This document shows, one piece after another, positions 40,203 to 50,252 of a stretch of 64,000 bases of DNA (the first letter of the stretch is position 1; the number at the start of each line of letters is the position of its first letter). A program made the translations under genes and the position numbers. The notes beneath the pieces are model-generated. The model was not told where the DNA came from, ran no database searches, and worked only from the letters and a program-made list of their open reading frames with translations. This DNA comes from an uncultured Alphaproteobacteria bacterium (GTDB taxonomy: Bacteria; Pseudomonadota; Alphaproteobacteria; RF32; CAG-239), in NCBI GenBank assembly GCA_949493535.1, contig CASZWJ010000002.1:18287-82286 (forward strand), written 5' to 3'.

Positions 40203-41546
40203 ATGGGAAATAAACTTTTTGGAACTGACGGCGTTCGCGGCGTGGCAAATGTTTATCCGATGACGGCTGATTTTGCAATGAAGTTGGGCAAGGCTTGTGC
40301 CGAAATTGTTTGTACCAAAACGCACCGCGCCGCAATCGGCAAAGATACGCGCATTTCCGGAGATATGCTTGAAGCCGCACTGGCCGCAGGTTTTACGTCA
40401 ATGGGTATTGACGTGGTGCGTTTGGGCGTTTTGCCGACCCCCGCAGTAACGACGGTTACGCCTGAACTGGGTGTCGATATGGCCGTTATGATTACGGCAT
40501 CCCATAATCCTTACAAAGACAACGGCATTAAGCTGATTGCCGCTGACGGGGAAAAGTTTTCCGATGCCGTTACCGCTGAACTGGAAGAAAAAGTCAACGC
40601 TGATGATTTTGCAGCCGGCCCTGATAAAATCGGGCGTATCAGCGATGATGATTCCGCAATTGAAAAATATGTCAAAATTGCGAAATCGACAGCGAAAGGC
40701 AATAATCCGTTAAAAGGACTGAAAGTTGTTCTTGATTGTGCGAACGGCGTATTTTCGGAAATTATGCCCCGTGTTTATAAAGAGCTTGGCGCAGATGTCA
40801 TTGTTATGGCAAATCAGCCTGACGGATTGAATATCAACCGCGATTGCGGTTCTATGCATCCGCAGAAAATGATGGAAAAAGTCAAAGAAGTTAAAGCCGA
40901 TTTGGGTATTGCCGTTGACGGTGACGGAGACCGGATTATTGTTTGCGATGACAAGGGTGAAAAAGTCAACAGCGAACAGATTATCGGATTTTTGGCGCAA
41001 TATATGGACAGTATAGGCCAATTGAACGGCCGTGCCGTTGTTTCGACAATCCTTTCCAACACGGCGTTGGAGCGCTTTGTCAAAGAAAAAGGCATTCCAT
41101 ATTACAGCACGCCGGTCGGCGAACGCCATGTCGTGGCAAAAATGAAAGAAACCGGCGGCGCTGTCGGCGGCGAAGAGTCCGGACATGTCGTGGCTCTGGA
41201 TTATTGCAAATCCGGCGATGCTTTGGTCGTATCGTTGATTTTAAGCGAAGGGCTGCTCAAAAGCGGTAAAAAAATGAGCGAAATTTTTCCGATTTTTGCT
41301 ATGGATCCTTTTGAATTTGTCAGTCCGCGTTTTGAGAGCCGCGAACAGGTTAAGGCGTTAGTTAAGCATGAGAGTATCCTCAAGCTGTTGGAAAACCTTA
41401 ATCAGGAAATGAACGGCGAGGGAAGAATTGTTATTCATCCGTCCGGTACCGAACCTCTTATCCGTATTTGGGTCAGCGGTAAAAATGCCGGAAAAGTGAA
41501 AAAGATTCACACAACTTTAGTTGAAGCTTTTGAGAAATTGAGATAG
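40203..41546 (+). CDS. glmM: Phosphoglucosamine mutase
   Basis: FGTDGVRG, GKDTRISG, ITASHNP, DGDGDR, GGEESGH, SGTEPLIR. Confidence 0.95.
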   Translation: MGNKLFGTDGVRGVANVYPMTADFAMKLGKACAEIVCTKTHRAAIGKDTRISGDMLEAALAAGFTSMGIDVVRLGVLPTPAVTTVTPELGVDMAVMITASHNPYKDNGIKLIAADGEKFSDAVTAELEEKVNADDFAAGPDKIGRISDDDSAIEKYVKIAKSTAKGNNPLKGLKVVLDCANGVFSEIMPRVYKELGADVIVMANQPDGLNINRDCGSMHPQKMMEKVKEVKADLGIAVDGDGDRIIVCDDKGEKVNSEQIIGFLAQYMDSIGQLNGRAVVSTILSNTALERFVKEKGIPYYSTPVGERHVVAKMKETGGAVGGEESGHVVALDYCKSGDALVVSLILSEGLLKSGKKMSEIFPIFAMDPFEFVSPRFESREQVKALVKHESILKLLENLNQEMNGEGRIVIHPSGTEPLIRIWVSGKNAGKVKKIHTTLVEAFEKLR

Positions 41547-41639
41547 TATCAAAAGGCAAGGGTTTGAAAAGGCTTAAACTTTTGTTTACTTTCAAAAGGT
41601 ATACTTACAAGCATCAGTTTATTTTTGAAACGAGGCAAC

Positions 41640-41858
41640 ATGATGAATAAGATAAAAGCCGCCGATTTAGATTGGCACAAGAATAAAGTTGTCGCAGCTC
41701 CGAAGCGCGGCAATATGGTGCTTGTAAGCTATGCTTTAAAACGCAATGAAGCTTATGGCAATTATCGGCCGCAGAATACCAGATGCGTTTGGCCGGGGTC
41801 TATGCTGAGCGGCGACACCAGGATTTTGAGCCGCCGGTTGGCCGTGAAGACATTTTAG
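41640..41858 (+). CDS. Small hypothetical protein
   Basis: GAGG before ATG; 10 nt from the next ORF. Confidence 0.5.
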   Translation: MMNKIKAADLDWHKNKVVAAPKRGNMVLVSYALKRNEAYGNYRPQNTRCVWPGSMLSGDTRILSRRLAVKTF

Positions 41859-41868
41859 AGGAATACTT

Positions 41869-42189
41869 ATGATTAAAGGTTTTTTGGCGCTGTTTCGCAG
41901 CGGAGTGATTTTTGATCCGTTTGTCCTTCTGGGCGTAGTTATGGGAATTTTTATGGCCGTTACGCCGAACAAAGAGGCTGTTGAAGCTTTGTTGAAGCAG
42001 GAAAGCTTTTATTTGCTGATTTTGCTGTTAGCTTTTTTGTATAATTGGTTTGTTAAAAAACTTTATAAAGATGACGGTGTTTCGCCGGATTATCTGCGAA
42101 TGGGCTGGAATGTTTTTGCTTCTTTTGCCAAATTTATTTTGGCCTGTGTTTTCAGTTTTCTTTCTGTTATGGCCTTGTTCTTTCTCTAA
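41869..42189 (+). CDS. Hypothetical membrane protein (3 TM)
   Basis: GAGGA ribosome-binding site, hydrophobic segments. Confidence 0.65.
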   Translation: MIKGFLALFRSGVIFDPFVLLGVVMGIFMAVTPNKEAVEALLKQESFYLLILLLAFLYNWFVKKLYKDDGVSPDYLRMGWNVFASFAKFILACVFSFLSVMALFFL

Positions 42190-42368
42190 ACTTTAATATC
42201 AATTAATGTCCCCATTGTTTCTGATGGGGCAACGGTGCGGTCGCTTCCTGAATTGAGCAAAATATCAACGGCTTGTTTCTGCATGTCAATATTGGCTTTA
42301 ATCAGCGACAATTGCATGTTTTGTACTGCCAGAGCATAAGATCCGAGAGCGTTTACGGATGAAGGCAT
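42186..42368 (-). CDS. YjfB-like small protein
   Basis: AGGAG ribosome-binding site; LSLIKANIDMQKQAV...GTLIDIKV pattern. Confidence 0.65.
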   Translation of the reverse strand: MPSSVNALGSYALAVQNMQLSLIKANIDMQKQAVDILLNSGSDRTVAPSETMGTLIDIKV

Positions 42369-42430
42369 TTTATTTCTCCTTTATTTTATTTCATTATAAC
42401 AGAAAAGTTTTAATGATTTCTAAAAGAGAA

Positions 42431-42596
42431 GAATGTATAGGCTTTAGTTTATATGTTGTGTTAAATGTTGATGTATTATTTTGAGAAAGAGGAATAATAG
42501 TTTTTCTGTTAAGTTACTACAACCGGTAAATTCAGAAAAGCTGAATTAATGTTTGACTCTGTTCACAAAATAATCAGAACTAAAGCCTATACACTA
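42431..42596 (-). ncRNA. Candidate structured ncRNA or leader (long hairpin)
   Basis: 16-bp perfect IR TGTATAGGCTTTAGTT/AACTAAAGCCTATACA plus inner IR ATTATTTTG/CAAAATAAT. Confidence 0.4.
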
Positions 42597-42712
42597 TTCA
42601 GAATAAGTGTTTTTTTTTTTTTGCAACCCAAAAATGTGAATGATCGGGTTTATTATATTGGTGTAACCGATTGCATTTTCATGAAGAATTTAGTGGGAAG
42701 ACGGTGAGGGAT

Positions 42713-42744
42713 AAAAAAAAGAGGCTCATTTGAGCCTCTTTTTT
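42713..42744 (-). terminator. Terminator after transporter paralog B
   Basis: AAAAGAGGCTCA-tt-TGAGCCTCTTTT. Confidence 0.85.
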
Positions 42745-42756
42745 AGATTGGTTTTC

Positions 42757-44100
42757 TTACATGAAGTATTGAACCTGTAAGAAGATGGTTGCAATTAAAA
42801 CGCTTATCAGCATGGTCGGAATTGACCAGAGCATGAAGCCTAAAAAGCTTATAGGATGCCCTTCACGCTGAGCCATGCCTGCAACAATAACGTTTGCCGA
42901 AGCGCCGATTAATGTACCGTTGCCGCCGAAGCAAGCGCCGAGAGACAATGCCCACCAGACGGGCATCATAGCTTCTCTGCCGCCCATTGACGGTTCCATT
43001 GATTTAATCATCGGAATCATGGTGGCAACAAACGGGATGTTGTCTATTGCGCTTGAAATGATTGCAGAAGACCAAAGAATCAGGAAAGTTGATTTTTGAA
43101 TGCTGCCTTCGGTAATCTCAATGAACTTTTGTCCCAGCATTGACAGAACGCCGGTAACTTCCAAACCGTAAACAATGACGAATAAACCAGAGAAGAAGAA
43201 AATGGTTGTCCAGTCGACAATGCCGAAAATTTCTTCGATTTTCTGGTCTCTTTCATCATGTTTGTTGCCCAGAGTGTAGAGCAAAAGCAGAATTGCCGCT
43301 CCGGCCATGGCGATTGTGCCGTTTGAAATATGCAGATGTTCGGCACTCATAAACGCTATGATAACGCAGAATAAAACAAACAATGCCTTCTTTAACAAAG
43401 ACCAGTCGGTAATGCAATCTATTTCGCTGATGTTCATAACCGTTTGCTTGTTTTCTTCCGTTGTTGCCAAACGGCGCCCCCAAATGAGGTCAAAGGTGAA
43501 AATCAAGACAATCATTGTCACCAAAACAACCGGTGTCAATTCAAACAGAAAATCCGTGAAAGACAGGTTAATGGAAGAACCTATTAAAATGTTCGGGGGA
43601 TCGCCGATCAGGGTTGCCGTACCGCCGATATTTGACGAGAAGATTTCAAGAATCAAATAAGGGTAGGGATTGATTTTGAGCTTACGGGTTATTTGGAATG
43701 TAACCGGTGCTATCAACAGAACCGTGGTTACGTTATCCAGAAAAGCGGAAAATACGGCTGTTACAAAAGCTAATACAACCAACAGTCCGCGCGGATTAGC
43801 CCGAACTTTTTTTGCAGCCCAGACGGCTACAAACTGAAACATTCCCGATTTTTCGGAAATGCCGACAATTGTCATCATGCCGATGAGCAATGCCAAAGTG
43901 TTAAAATCAATGCCTTTAAGAGCGGTTTCCTGAGTTAGAATACCTACGAATATCATAACCGTTGCGCCAAGCAGGGCAACAATAGCCCTGTTTACTTTTT
44001 CAGTAAACAGAACAACGTAAGAAATGATAACGATAGCCGTGGCTATAATTTTGGCATCCACACCGAAAACCAGCTGCGGTATTGCGGTTAAGTCTGACAT
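42757..44100 (-). CDS. ArsB/NhaD-family (SLC13/P-type permease) transporter, paralog B
   Basis: SAFLDNVTTVL, SNIGGTATLIGDPPN, IDNIPF, GGNGTLIGASAN. Confidence 0.9.
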   Translation of the reverse strand: MSDLTAIPQLVFGVDAKIIATAIVIISYVVLFTEKVNRAIVALLGATVMIFVGILTQETALKGIDFNTLALLIGMMTIVGISEKSGMFQFVAVWAAKKVRANPRGLLVVLAFVTAVFSAFLDNVTTVLLIAPVTFQITRKLKINPYPYLILEIFSSNIGGTATLIGDPPNILIGSSINLSFTDFLFELTPVVLVTMIVLIFTFDLIWGRRLATTEENKQTVMNISEIDCITDWSLLKKALFVLFCVIIAFMSAEHLHISNGTIAMAGAAILLLLYTLGNKHDERDQKIEEIFGIVDWTTIFFFSGLFVIVYGLEVTGVLSMLGQKFIEITEGSIQKSTFLILWSSAIISSAIDNIPFVATMIPMIKSMEPSMGGREAMMPVWWALSLGACFGGNGTLIGASANVIVAGMAQREGHPISFLGFMLWSIPTMLISVLIATIFLQVQYFM

Positions 44101-44213
44101 AATTTTTTTCCTTACAATGTTAAACTATTTCATTATTGGTATACGCCTGCAAAAGCTAAAATTATCTTAATTTTACAGATATAAAAAAAGAGGAGCTTGG
44201 CTCCTCTTTTTAC

Positions 44214-45566
44214 TTACATGAAGTGTCTGATATGCAGGTATATTGCCGCTATGCCGGTTGAAACCAGCATGGTCGGCAAAGACCATATCAGGAACCGCAA
44301 AAAGCTGATCGGATGGCCTTCGCGGCTGGACATGCCTGCAACGATAACGTTTGCCGAAGCAGCAATTAACGAACCGTTGCCGCCGAAACATGCGCCGAGA
44401 GACAAAGCCCACCAGACAGGCATCATGGCTTCTCTGCCGCCCATTGATTCTTCCATTGACTTAATCATCGGAATCATAGTGGCAACAAACGGAATATTGT
44501 CAATTGCGGTGGAAACAAAAGCTGAAATCCAAATAACCAGCATGGCGGCTTTTTCGATGCTGCCGTCGGTATATTCAATAAACTTTTTGCCCATTAATTC
44601 CAAAACGCCGGCTTCTTCCAAGCCGAATACGATTGCAAATAATCCGGCAAAGAAGAAGATTGTTGTCCAATCGACAAGCCCGAAAGCTTCTTCAATTTTA
44701 TGGTCGCGCTCGCTGTGGTCGGCTCCGGCCGTATAAAGCAGCAGCAAAACGGAAGCGCCGAACATGGCAATTGTGCCGTTGGCAATATGGAAGTGTTCGG
44801 CGCACATAAAGCCGCCGATAACCGCAAACAAAACAAATAAAGATTTTTTGAGCAATGTCCAATCGGTGATGCTGTCAATCTCGTTAATTTTCATAACGGC
44901 TTTTTTGTTGGCTTCGGTGGTTGTAATTCGGCGTCCCCAGATGAGATCAAACGTAACAACCAAAACCAACATGGTAACGGCAACGACCGGTGTCAGTTCG
45001 TTTACAAAATCCATGAAGGAGAGGTTTAAGGCCGAACCGATTAAAATGTTCGGAGGGTCGCCGATTAAGGTTGCCGTGCCGCCAATGTTTGATGCAAAAA
45101 TTTCTGCAATCAGGTAGGGGTAAGCATTGATTTTCAGTTTACGAGTAATTTGGAATGTGACCGGAACAATCAATAAAACGGTTGTTACGTTATCCAGCAA
45201 GGCTGAAAAGAATGCCGTTACGACAGATAAAACGACCAGCAGCCCGCGCGGATTGGCTTTGACTTTTTTAGCTGCCCAGACCGCAACGAACTGGAACATT
45301 CCCGATTTTTCGGAAATGCCGACAATCGTCATCATGCCGATAAGCAGCGCCAGCGTGTTAAAGTCAATTCCGGCAATTGCCGTTTCCTGAGTTAGAATTC
45401 CGGTGAAAATCATTACCGCAGCACCCAGCAAAGCAACAACCGCACGGTTGAGCTTTTCCGTGAAAAGGATAATATAGCTGACGATAAGAATTGCACTGGA
45501 GAGTATCATCGGATCCATACCGAAAATTACTTTTGAGGCATGGGTCAAGTCTTCGATTTGCATCAA
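44214..45566 (-). CDS. ArsB/NhaD-family transporter, paralog A
   Basis: Same motifs; tandem duplicate with its own terminator at 44183-44211. Confidence 0.9.
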   Translation of the reverse strand: MMQIEDLTHASKVIFGMDPMILSSAILIVSYIILFTEKLNRAVVALLGAAVMIFTGILTQETAIAGIDFNTLALLIGMMTIVGISEKSGMFQFVAVWAAKKVKANPRGLLVVLSVVTAFFSALLDNVTTVLLIVPVTFQITRKLKINAYPYLIAEIFASNIGGTATLIGDPPNILIGSALNLSFMDFVNELTPVVAVTMLVLVVTFDLIWGRRITTTEANKKAVMKINEIDSITDWTLLKKSLFVLFAVIGGFMCAEHFHIANGTIAMFGASVLLLLYTAGADHSERDHKIEEAFGLVDWTTIFFFAGLFAIVFGLEEAGVLELMGKKFIEYTDGSIEKAAMLVIWISAFVSTAIDNIPFVATMIPMIKSMEESMGGREAMMPVWWALSLGACFGGNGSLIAASANVIVAGMSSREGHPISFLRFLIWSLPTMLVSTGIAAIYLHIRHFM

Positions 45567-45668
45567 CAGGCTCCTTATAAAATATAAAAAATCAAAATTA
45601 TTTTATAACCAAATTCTAAACTTTGATTTAATATATTTATAAAAAAAGGATTTTCAGTCCTGTTTTTT

Positions 45669-46394
45669 TTATTTTTTGCCGCTGATATAGTTTATTGCGC
45701 CGTAGAGGGTGTTGAGTTCTTGCTCTGTCATTTGGTTGCGGGTGAAAATATTGCGCAGGTTTATGACCATTTTCTCACGTTTTTCGCCGATTTTGTAATT
45801 GCCGCATTCGGCAAGCATTTCTTCAAGATGTTCGAGGAATTTGATTATTTTTTCTTTTGAAGCCAATTCCGTTCCGTTCATTTCCAAACGGGTTACAGGC
45901 TTTTCGATTTGGGTTTTGTAAAATTCGTACCCGACAAGCAGGACTGCCTGAGACAGATTGAGCGAGGAATGGCGGGGATTAAGCGGAATGTTGATAATAG
46001 CATTGGCTAAGCAAACGTCTTCATTGCGCAATCCGGTTCTTTCGCAGCCGAACATAATGCCGCATTTCGTTCCCTGCCGCAAAAAGATATTGATTTCTGC
46101 CGCAGCAGAATCCGCGTTATAAACTGCTTTTATCTGGTCGCGGTGTCTTGCCGTTGAGGCGTATACCTGCTGCAAGTCTGCAATCGCTTCCGACGTGGTT
46201 TTAAAAACTTTGGCATTATATAAAATTTCTTCCGCGTTGGAAGATGCTGATATTGCTTTGGGGGAGAGGTGGTCTTCCCGCGGGGCTACAAGCCGCAACT
46301 CATACAGCCCGCAATTCATCATTGCTCGGGCAGACATACCAATATTTTCCGCCAGTTGCGGATTAACCAAAATAACGACGGGTTGCTCTTGCAT
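45669..46394 (-). CDS. trmJ: SPOUT tRNA/rRNA methyltransferase (TrmJ/LasT family)
   Basis: ENIGMSARAMMNCG, FGCERTGLRNED, SLNLSQAV. Confidence 0.88.
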   Translation of the reverse strand: MQEQPVVILVNPQLAENIGMSARAMMNCGLYELRLVAPREDHLSPKAISASSNAEEILYNAKVFKTTSEAIADLQQVYASTARHRDQIKAVYNADSAAAEINIFLRQGTKCGIMFGCERTGLRNEDVCLANAIINIPLNPRHSSLNLSQAVLLVGYEFYKTQIEKPVTRLEMNGTELASKEKIIKFLEHLEEMLAECGNYKIGEKREKMVINLRNIFTRNQMTEQELNTLYGAINYISGKK

Positions 46395-46406
46395 GTATTC
46401 TTTCTC

Positions 46407-46808
46407 TTATTGTAAAACCTGGCTGGCGCGTGATTTGTATTTTATTTTCGGATTAATTTCGGCCGTCGGCGTATTGACAATCTTTTCTTCCAAGCCGACT
46501 TCTTTCTGCATGAATTTGCTGACGGCGTTTCTGTCTTTAACATTAATGTTTTCAATTTTTGCTTCGGGATCAATCATTTTATTCAAATCGTTGCTGTTGC
46601 GGATATATTCCCGTAATTCGGCATCGTTACGGTATCTGATTTGATTATTGATATCTTTGATTGTTTCTTTTTTCTGGGCAATCTTTTTGCGTTGCGTGAG
46701 AATTTCGGTTGAAACCTGCTCTTCGGGCACCAAGGGTTGTTCTGCGGCGTACGCATTAAAAGAAAGGACAATGGCAAGAGCGGATGCTCCCAAAAGTTTT
46801 TTCAACAT
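46407..46808 (-). CDS. Secreted hypothetical protein
   Basis: GGAG then MLKKLLGASALAIVLSFNAYA signal peptide. Confidence 0.7.
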   Translation of the reverse strand: MLKKLLGASALAIVLSFNAYAAEQPLVPEEQVSTEILTQRKKIAQKKETIKDINNQIRYRNDAELREYIRNSNDLNKMIDPEAKIENINVKDRNAVSKFMQKEVGLEEKIVNTPTAEINPKIKYKSRASQVLQ

Positions 46809-46824
46809 ATTTTTTCTCCCGAAA

Positions 46825-47424
46825 CTAATCTGTCGATAAAATATCAATTGAATTGAACAAAAGATTTTCAATGTCGAGGCCTGTTCCTCTTTCAAAGCCT
46901 TCCATCATACCGTTGGCAATGCCGCCGAGCGGATCGTCTTTGACATCTGCCTGCAGCAAATTATCATAAGCCTGACGTAATTTTTTTGCATAGTTTTTAG
47001 GCATGTTTTTGATGCCTTCGTCATAGCTTTCAGGAATTTTGTAGCCCATTTTTCTTAAATGCTGCAGAGCGATATTCATATTGTGGCGGTTAACTTCGGG
47101 GGCAATCATTTCCTGGCCTTTTGCATCGGTATAAGTCGTGCCTTCGCCGATATAGTTGAGTTTGCCGTGTTGTCCGGAGCCGCGCCATGTCTTAACGCCA
47201 CTTTTGTCTCTGGCCCTGGCCCAAGGGTCAACGGGAAGAATCTCGCCGCCGCTTGATGTGTTGTTATATACAGGAGCCTGAGTCGGGTCAGTATCGGCGA
47301 CATTATCGCCGAAGTAGCCGTCATTAGGATGAGGCGCCCACGGGTTGCTCGGCAGTTGTGCAGAAGCGCTGCCGGCCATTAAAATTATTCCCAGAAAGGC
47401 AAAAATTCCGATTGCATGTTTCAT
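46825..47424 (-). CDS. Secreted hypothetical protein
   Basis: AGGAG ribosome-binding site, signal peptide ending in ASA. Confidence 0.7.
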   Translation of the reverse strand: MKHAIGIFAFLGIILMAGSASAQLPSNPWAPHPNDGYFGDNVADTDPTQAPVYNNTSSGGEILPVDPWARARDKSGVKTWRGSGQHGKLNYIGEGTTYTDAKGQEMIAPEVNRHNMNIALQHLRKMGYKIPESYDEGIKNMPKNYAKKLRQAYDNLLQADVKDDPLGGIANGMMEGFERGTGLDIENLLFNSIDILSTD

Positions 47425-47509
47425 AAATTTTCTCCTGCTGACCCCGTAAGTCTATTCTATAATATATTTGTAGGGAATAATAGTTACAATTTCATTAAAT
47501 ATTTGTTTT

Positions 47510-48598
47510 TTATTTGCGGATAAAGCCGCCACCCAAAACTCTTGTTCCTTGGTAAAAACAGCAGCCTTGTCCCGGAGCGGCGCCATAAAAATCATTCAGC
47601 AGCGTTACTTCCGCTTCATCGTTTTCCAGGAAGCGGATGTGGGCGGGTATTTCGCTTTGGCGGGAACGCAGCTTTACGTTGATTTCAAATTCATGAGGGA
47701 TGTTTTCTCCCAGCCAGTTGATTTGGTCGATGATGACTGTTTTGGCTTTGAGTTCGTCAATGCCGCCGACAATCAGGCGGTTGTGTTCGGTATCCAGCTT
47801 TAAGACATAAAGAATGCCGATGTTTCCGCCAATGCCGAGACCTCGACGCTGGCCGACGGTATAATGTATTAAACCTTTGTGACAGCCGATGATTTTTCCG
47901 TCTGTTGTGACAATATCTCCGGGAGAATCTTGAAAATCAGAGTGCATTTTTTTTATTAATTCAGCGTATTTTCCTTCAGCAACAAAGCAGATGTCCTGGC
48001 TGTCGGCTTTTTGATATATTTCAAGTCCTGCTTCTTTAACGATTTGTCTGGTTTCATCCTTACTGAAGTCTGCCAAGGGGCAGCGCAACATTTGGAGGTT
48101 GCGTTTTTCTACGTCAAACAAAAAATAGCTTTGGTCTTTTTTCAAGTTATTGCTGCGATGAAGTTCAACGCCGTTTTCGGTTGTTTCCGTGCGGGCATAA
48201 TGGCCGGTAACCAAAATATCTGCACCGAGTTCTCGAGCTTTGTCTGCCAGCATTCCCAGCTTAATATGCCGGTTACACATGATGCAAGGTGAGGGGGTGA
48301 GCCCTTGCAGATAAGAGGACGTAAAATAATTAACGACATTATCTGCAAATTCATTTTTCAGATTAATGAACCGATGTTCGATACCGATTTGCGCAGCGAC
48401 GGTTGCGGCATCCTGAATGGAAGATTTTCCTTCGGGGCAATACGGGGTTTGCAATAAATCCATTGTCAAGCCGAAGACGTTATAACCTTGTTGTTTTAGT
48501 AAAACGGCTGCTGCCGAAGAATCTACGCCGCCGGACATGGCAACGCAGACGGTTGTTTGTGCGGGGGATTTTTCCAATCCTAAAGAGTTTTTAGTCAT
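47510..48598 (-). CDS. mnmA: tRNA-specific 2-thiouridylase
   Basis: [42 protein letters not shown]. Confidence 0.97.
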   Translation of the reverse strand: MTKNSLGLEKSPAQTTVCVAMSGGVDSSAAAVLLKQQGYNVFGLTMDLLQTPYCPEGKSSIQDAATVAAQIGIEHRFINLKNEFADNVVNYFTSSYLQGLTPSPCIMCNRHIKLGMLADKARELGADILVTGHYARTETTENGVELHRSNNLKKDQSYFLFDVEKRNLQMLRCPLADFSKDETRQIVKEAGLEIYQKADSQDICFVAEGKYAELIKKMHSDFQDSPGDIVTTDGKIIGCHKGLIHYTVGQRRGLGIGGNIGILYVLKLDTEHNRLIVGGIDELKAKTVIIDQINWLGENIPHEFEINVKLRSRQSEIPAHIRFLENDEAEVTLLNDFYGAAPGQGCCFYQGTRVLGGGFIRK

Positions 48599-49289
48599 TT
48601 TTCTTTCCGTTTTTGACAGCCTTTAATTGCTTTTTCAAATCATCAAGTTCACGGGTGAGGCAGTCAATTTTTTGTTCAATCGGGTCTTTTATTTCGGGGT
48701 TAAGCCCGTAAGCTTCAAAACATTGTTGTTTTTTGCCGCCTTTTTCGGCTTTGTGAGCAGGAACGCCGACAACGGTGCTGTCTGCTTCCACATCTTTAAT
48801 GACAACGGCGTTGGAGCCTATTTTTACATTGTCTCCGATTTTAATCGGGCCGAGTACTTGCGCGCCGGAACCGATAATTACGTTATTTCCGATTGTCGGG
48901 TGGCGTTTTGACATAACTTTGCCTTTGGCCGTAAAAACAGTTGTGCCTCCCAAGGTGACGTCGTGGTATAATGTTACGTTATTGCCGATTTCGGCTGTTT
49001 CTCCGATAACAACGCCCATGCCGTGATCAATAAAAAATCCTTTTCCGATTCGGGCACCCGGATGAATTTCTATTCCGGTTAAAAAACGGGCAAACTGTGA
49101 TAAAATGCGGGCTGTTAATTTAAATTCCTTTTTCCAAAGGTAATGATTCAGACGGTAGAAAAGGATTGCATGCAGTCCGGATGAGCATAAAACGGCTTCC
49201 GTGCGCCCTGACGTTGCCGGGTCTCGTGCAATGACGGCATCAATGTCTTTAAGAATAAGCTTGAATTTTTCATTCATTTTGTGGTACAT
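48591..49289 (-). CDS. cysE: Serine O-acetyltransferase
   Basis: [29 protein letters not shown]. Confidence 0.95.
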   Translation of the reverse strand: MYHKMNEKFKLILKDIDAVIARDPATSGRTEAVLCSSGLHAILFYRLNHYLWKKEFKLTARILSQFARFLTGIEIHPGARIGKGFFIDHGMGVVIGETAEIGNNVTLYHDVTLGGTTVFTAKGKVMSKRHPTIGNNVIIGSGAQVLGPIKIGDNVKIGSNAVVIKDVEADSTVVGVPAHKAEKGGKKQQCFEAYGLNPEIKDPIEQKIDCLTRELDDLKKQLKAVKNGKKND

Positions 49290-49371
49290 TCCTTGAAATA
49301 TTAAGAATTTATATAGTTTTTTTATTATATAATCACATGGTTACTAAATTTAAGTTAAGAAGAGAATTTAT

Positions 49372-50136
49372 ATGACTGAAGTATTGTTTAACGGGCATGC
49401 CGGCCGTCTTGAAGGCCGTTATCACCAAAGTGACAAACCCGGAGCTCCGATTGCTTTGATATTACATCCGCATCCGCAATACGGCGGTACGATGAATAAT
49501 AAGGTTGTTTACAGCCTGTTCAGCTGCTTTCAAAATCTGGGCTTTTCTGTTTTGCGTTTTAACTTCAGAAGCGTCGGCCGTTCTCAAGGCGAATTTGAAG
49601 ACGGGCCGGGCGAATTGTCTGATGCAACGGTTGCTTTGGATTGGCTGCAGTCTGTGAATCCTGAAGCCCGCCAATGCTGGATTGCCGGCTATTCTTTCGG
49701 CGCATGGATCGGGTTGCAGTTGCTGATGCGCCGTCCGGATATTAATAATTTTATTGCCGTTTCGCCTCCTGCCAATGAAAAAGATTTTTCATTTCTGGCC
49801 CCTTGTCCGACTTCCGGACTGATTGTTCAGGGCGGGGCTGATGAAATCGTTAATCCGCCGAGCGTTGCCACTTTGGCAAAACGTTTGAATACGCAGCGCA
49901 ATGTTCAGGTCGATTTTGCTTTGATTGAAGATGCTGACCATATGTATAATAACCATTTGGTTGATTTATATAAAATTGCCGGCAATTATGTGATTGAAGC
50001 GGTTAAGAAAAAAGCGCCGCAGAAAAAGCGCCGCGGCCGCCGTAAAAAAATCGAAATGCAGGAAGAAGAGCCTTTAATGCTCACCGATGATACCAATGAT
50101 GATATGGATAATGATTTCGGAGAGGATGAAGATTAA
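49372..50136 (+). CDS. Alpha/beta hydrolase (conserved cysE neighbour)
   Basis: HPHPQYGGTM, GYSFG, DFSFLAPCP, ADH. Confidence 0.9.
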   Translation: MTEVLFNGHAGRLEGRYHQSDKPGAPIALILHPHPQYGGTMNNKVVYSLFSCFQNLGFSVLRFNFRSVGRSQGEFEDGPGELSDATVALDWLQSVNPEARQCWIAGYSFGAWIGLQLLMRRPDINNFIAVSPPANEKDFSFLAPCPTSGLIVQGGADEIVNPPSVATLAKRLNTQRNVQVDFALIEDADHMYNNHLVDLYKIAGNYVIEAVKKKAPQKKRRGRRKKIEMQEEEPLMLTDDTNDDMDNDFGEDED

Positions 50137-50252
50137 TTTTAGAAAAGCCCTGAATTTGTCGGGGCTTTTTATTTTGACAAAATGATAATGGGGCGTTAAT
50201 ATGTGCTTAATTTAATTCTTAGTATATTCATTATTAAAATCTTATTTGGCTT

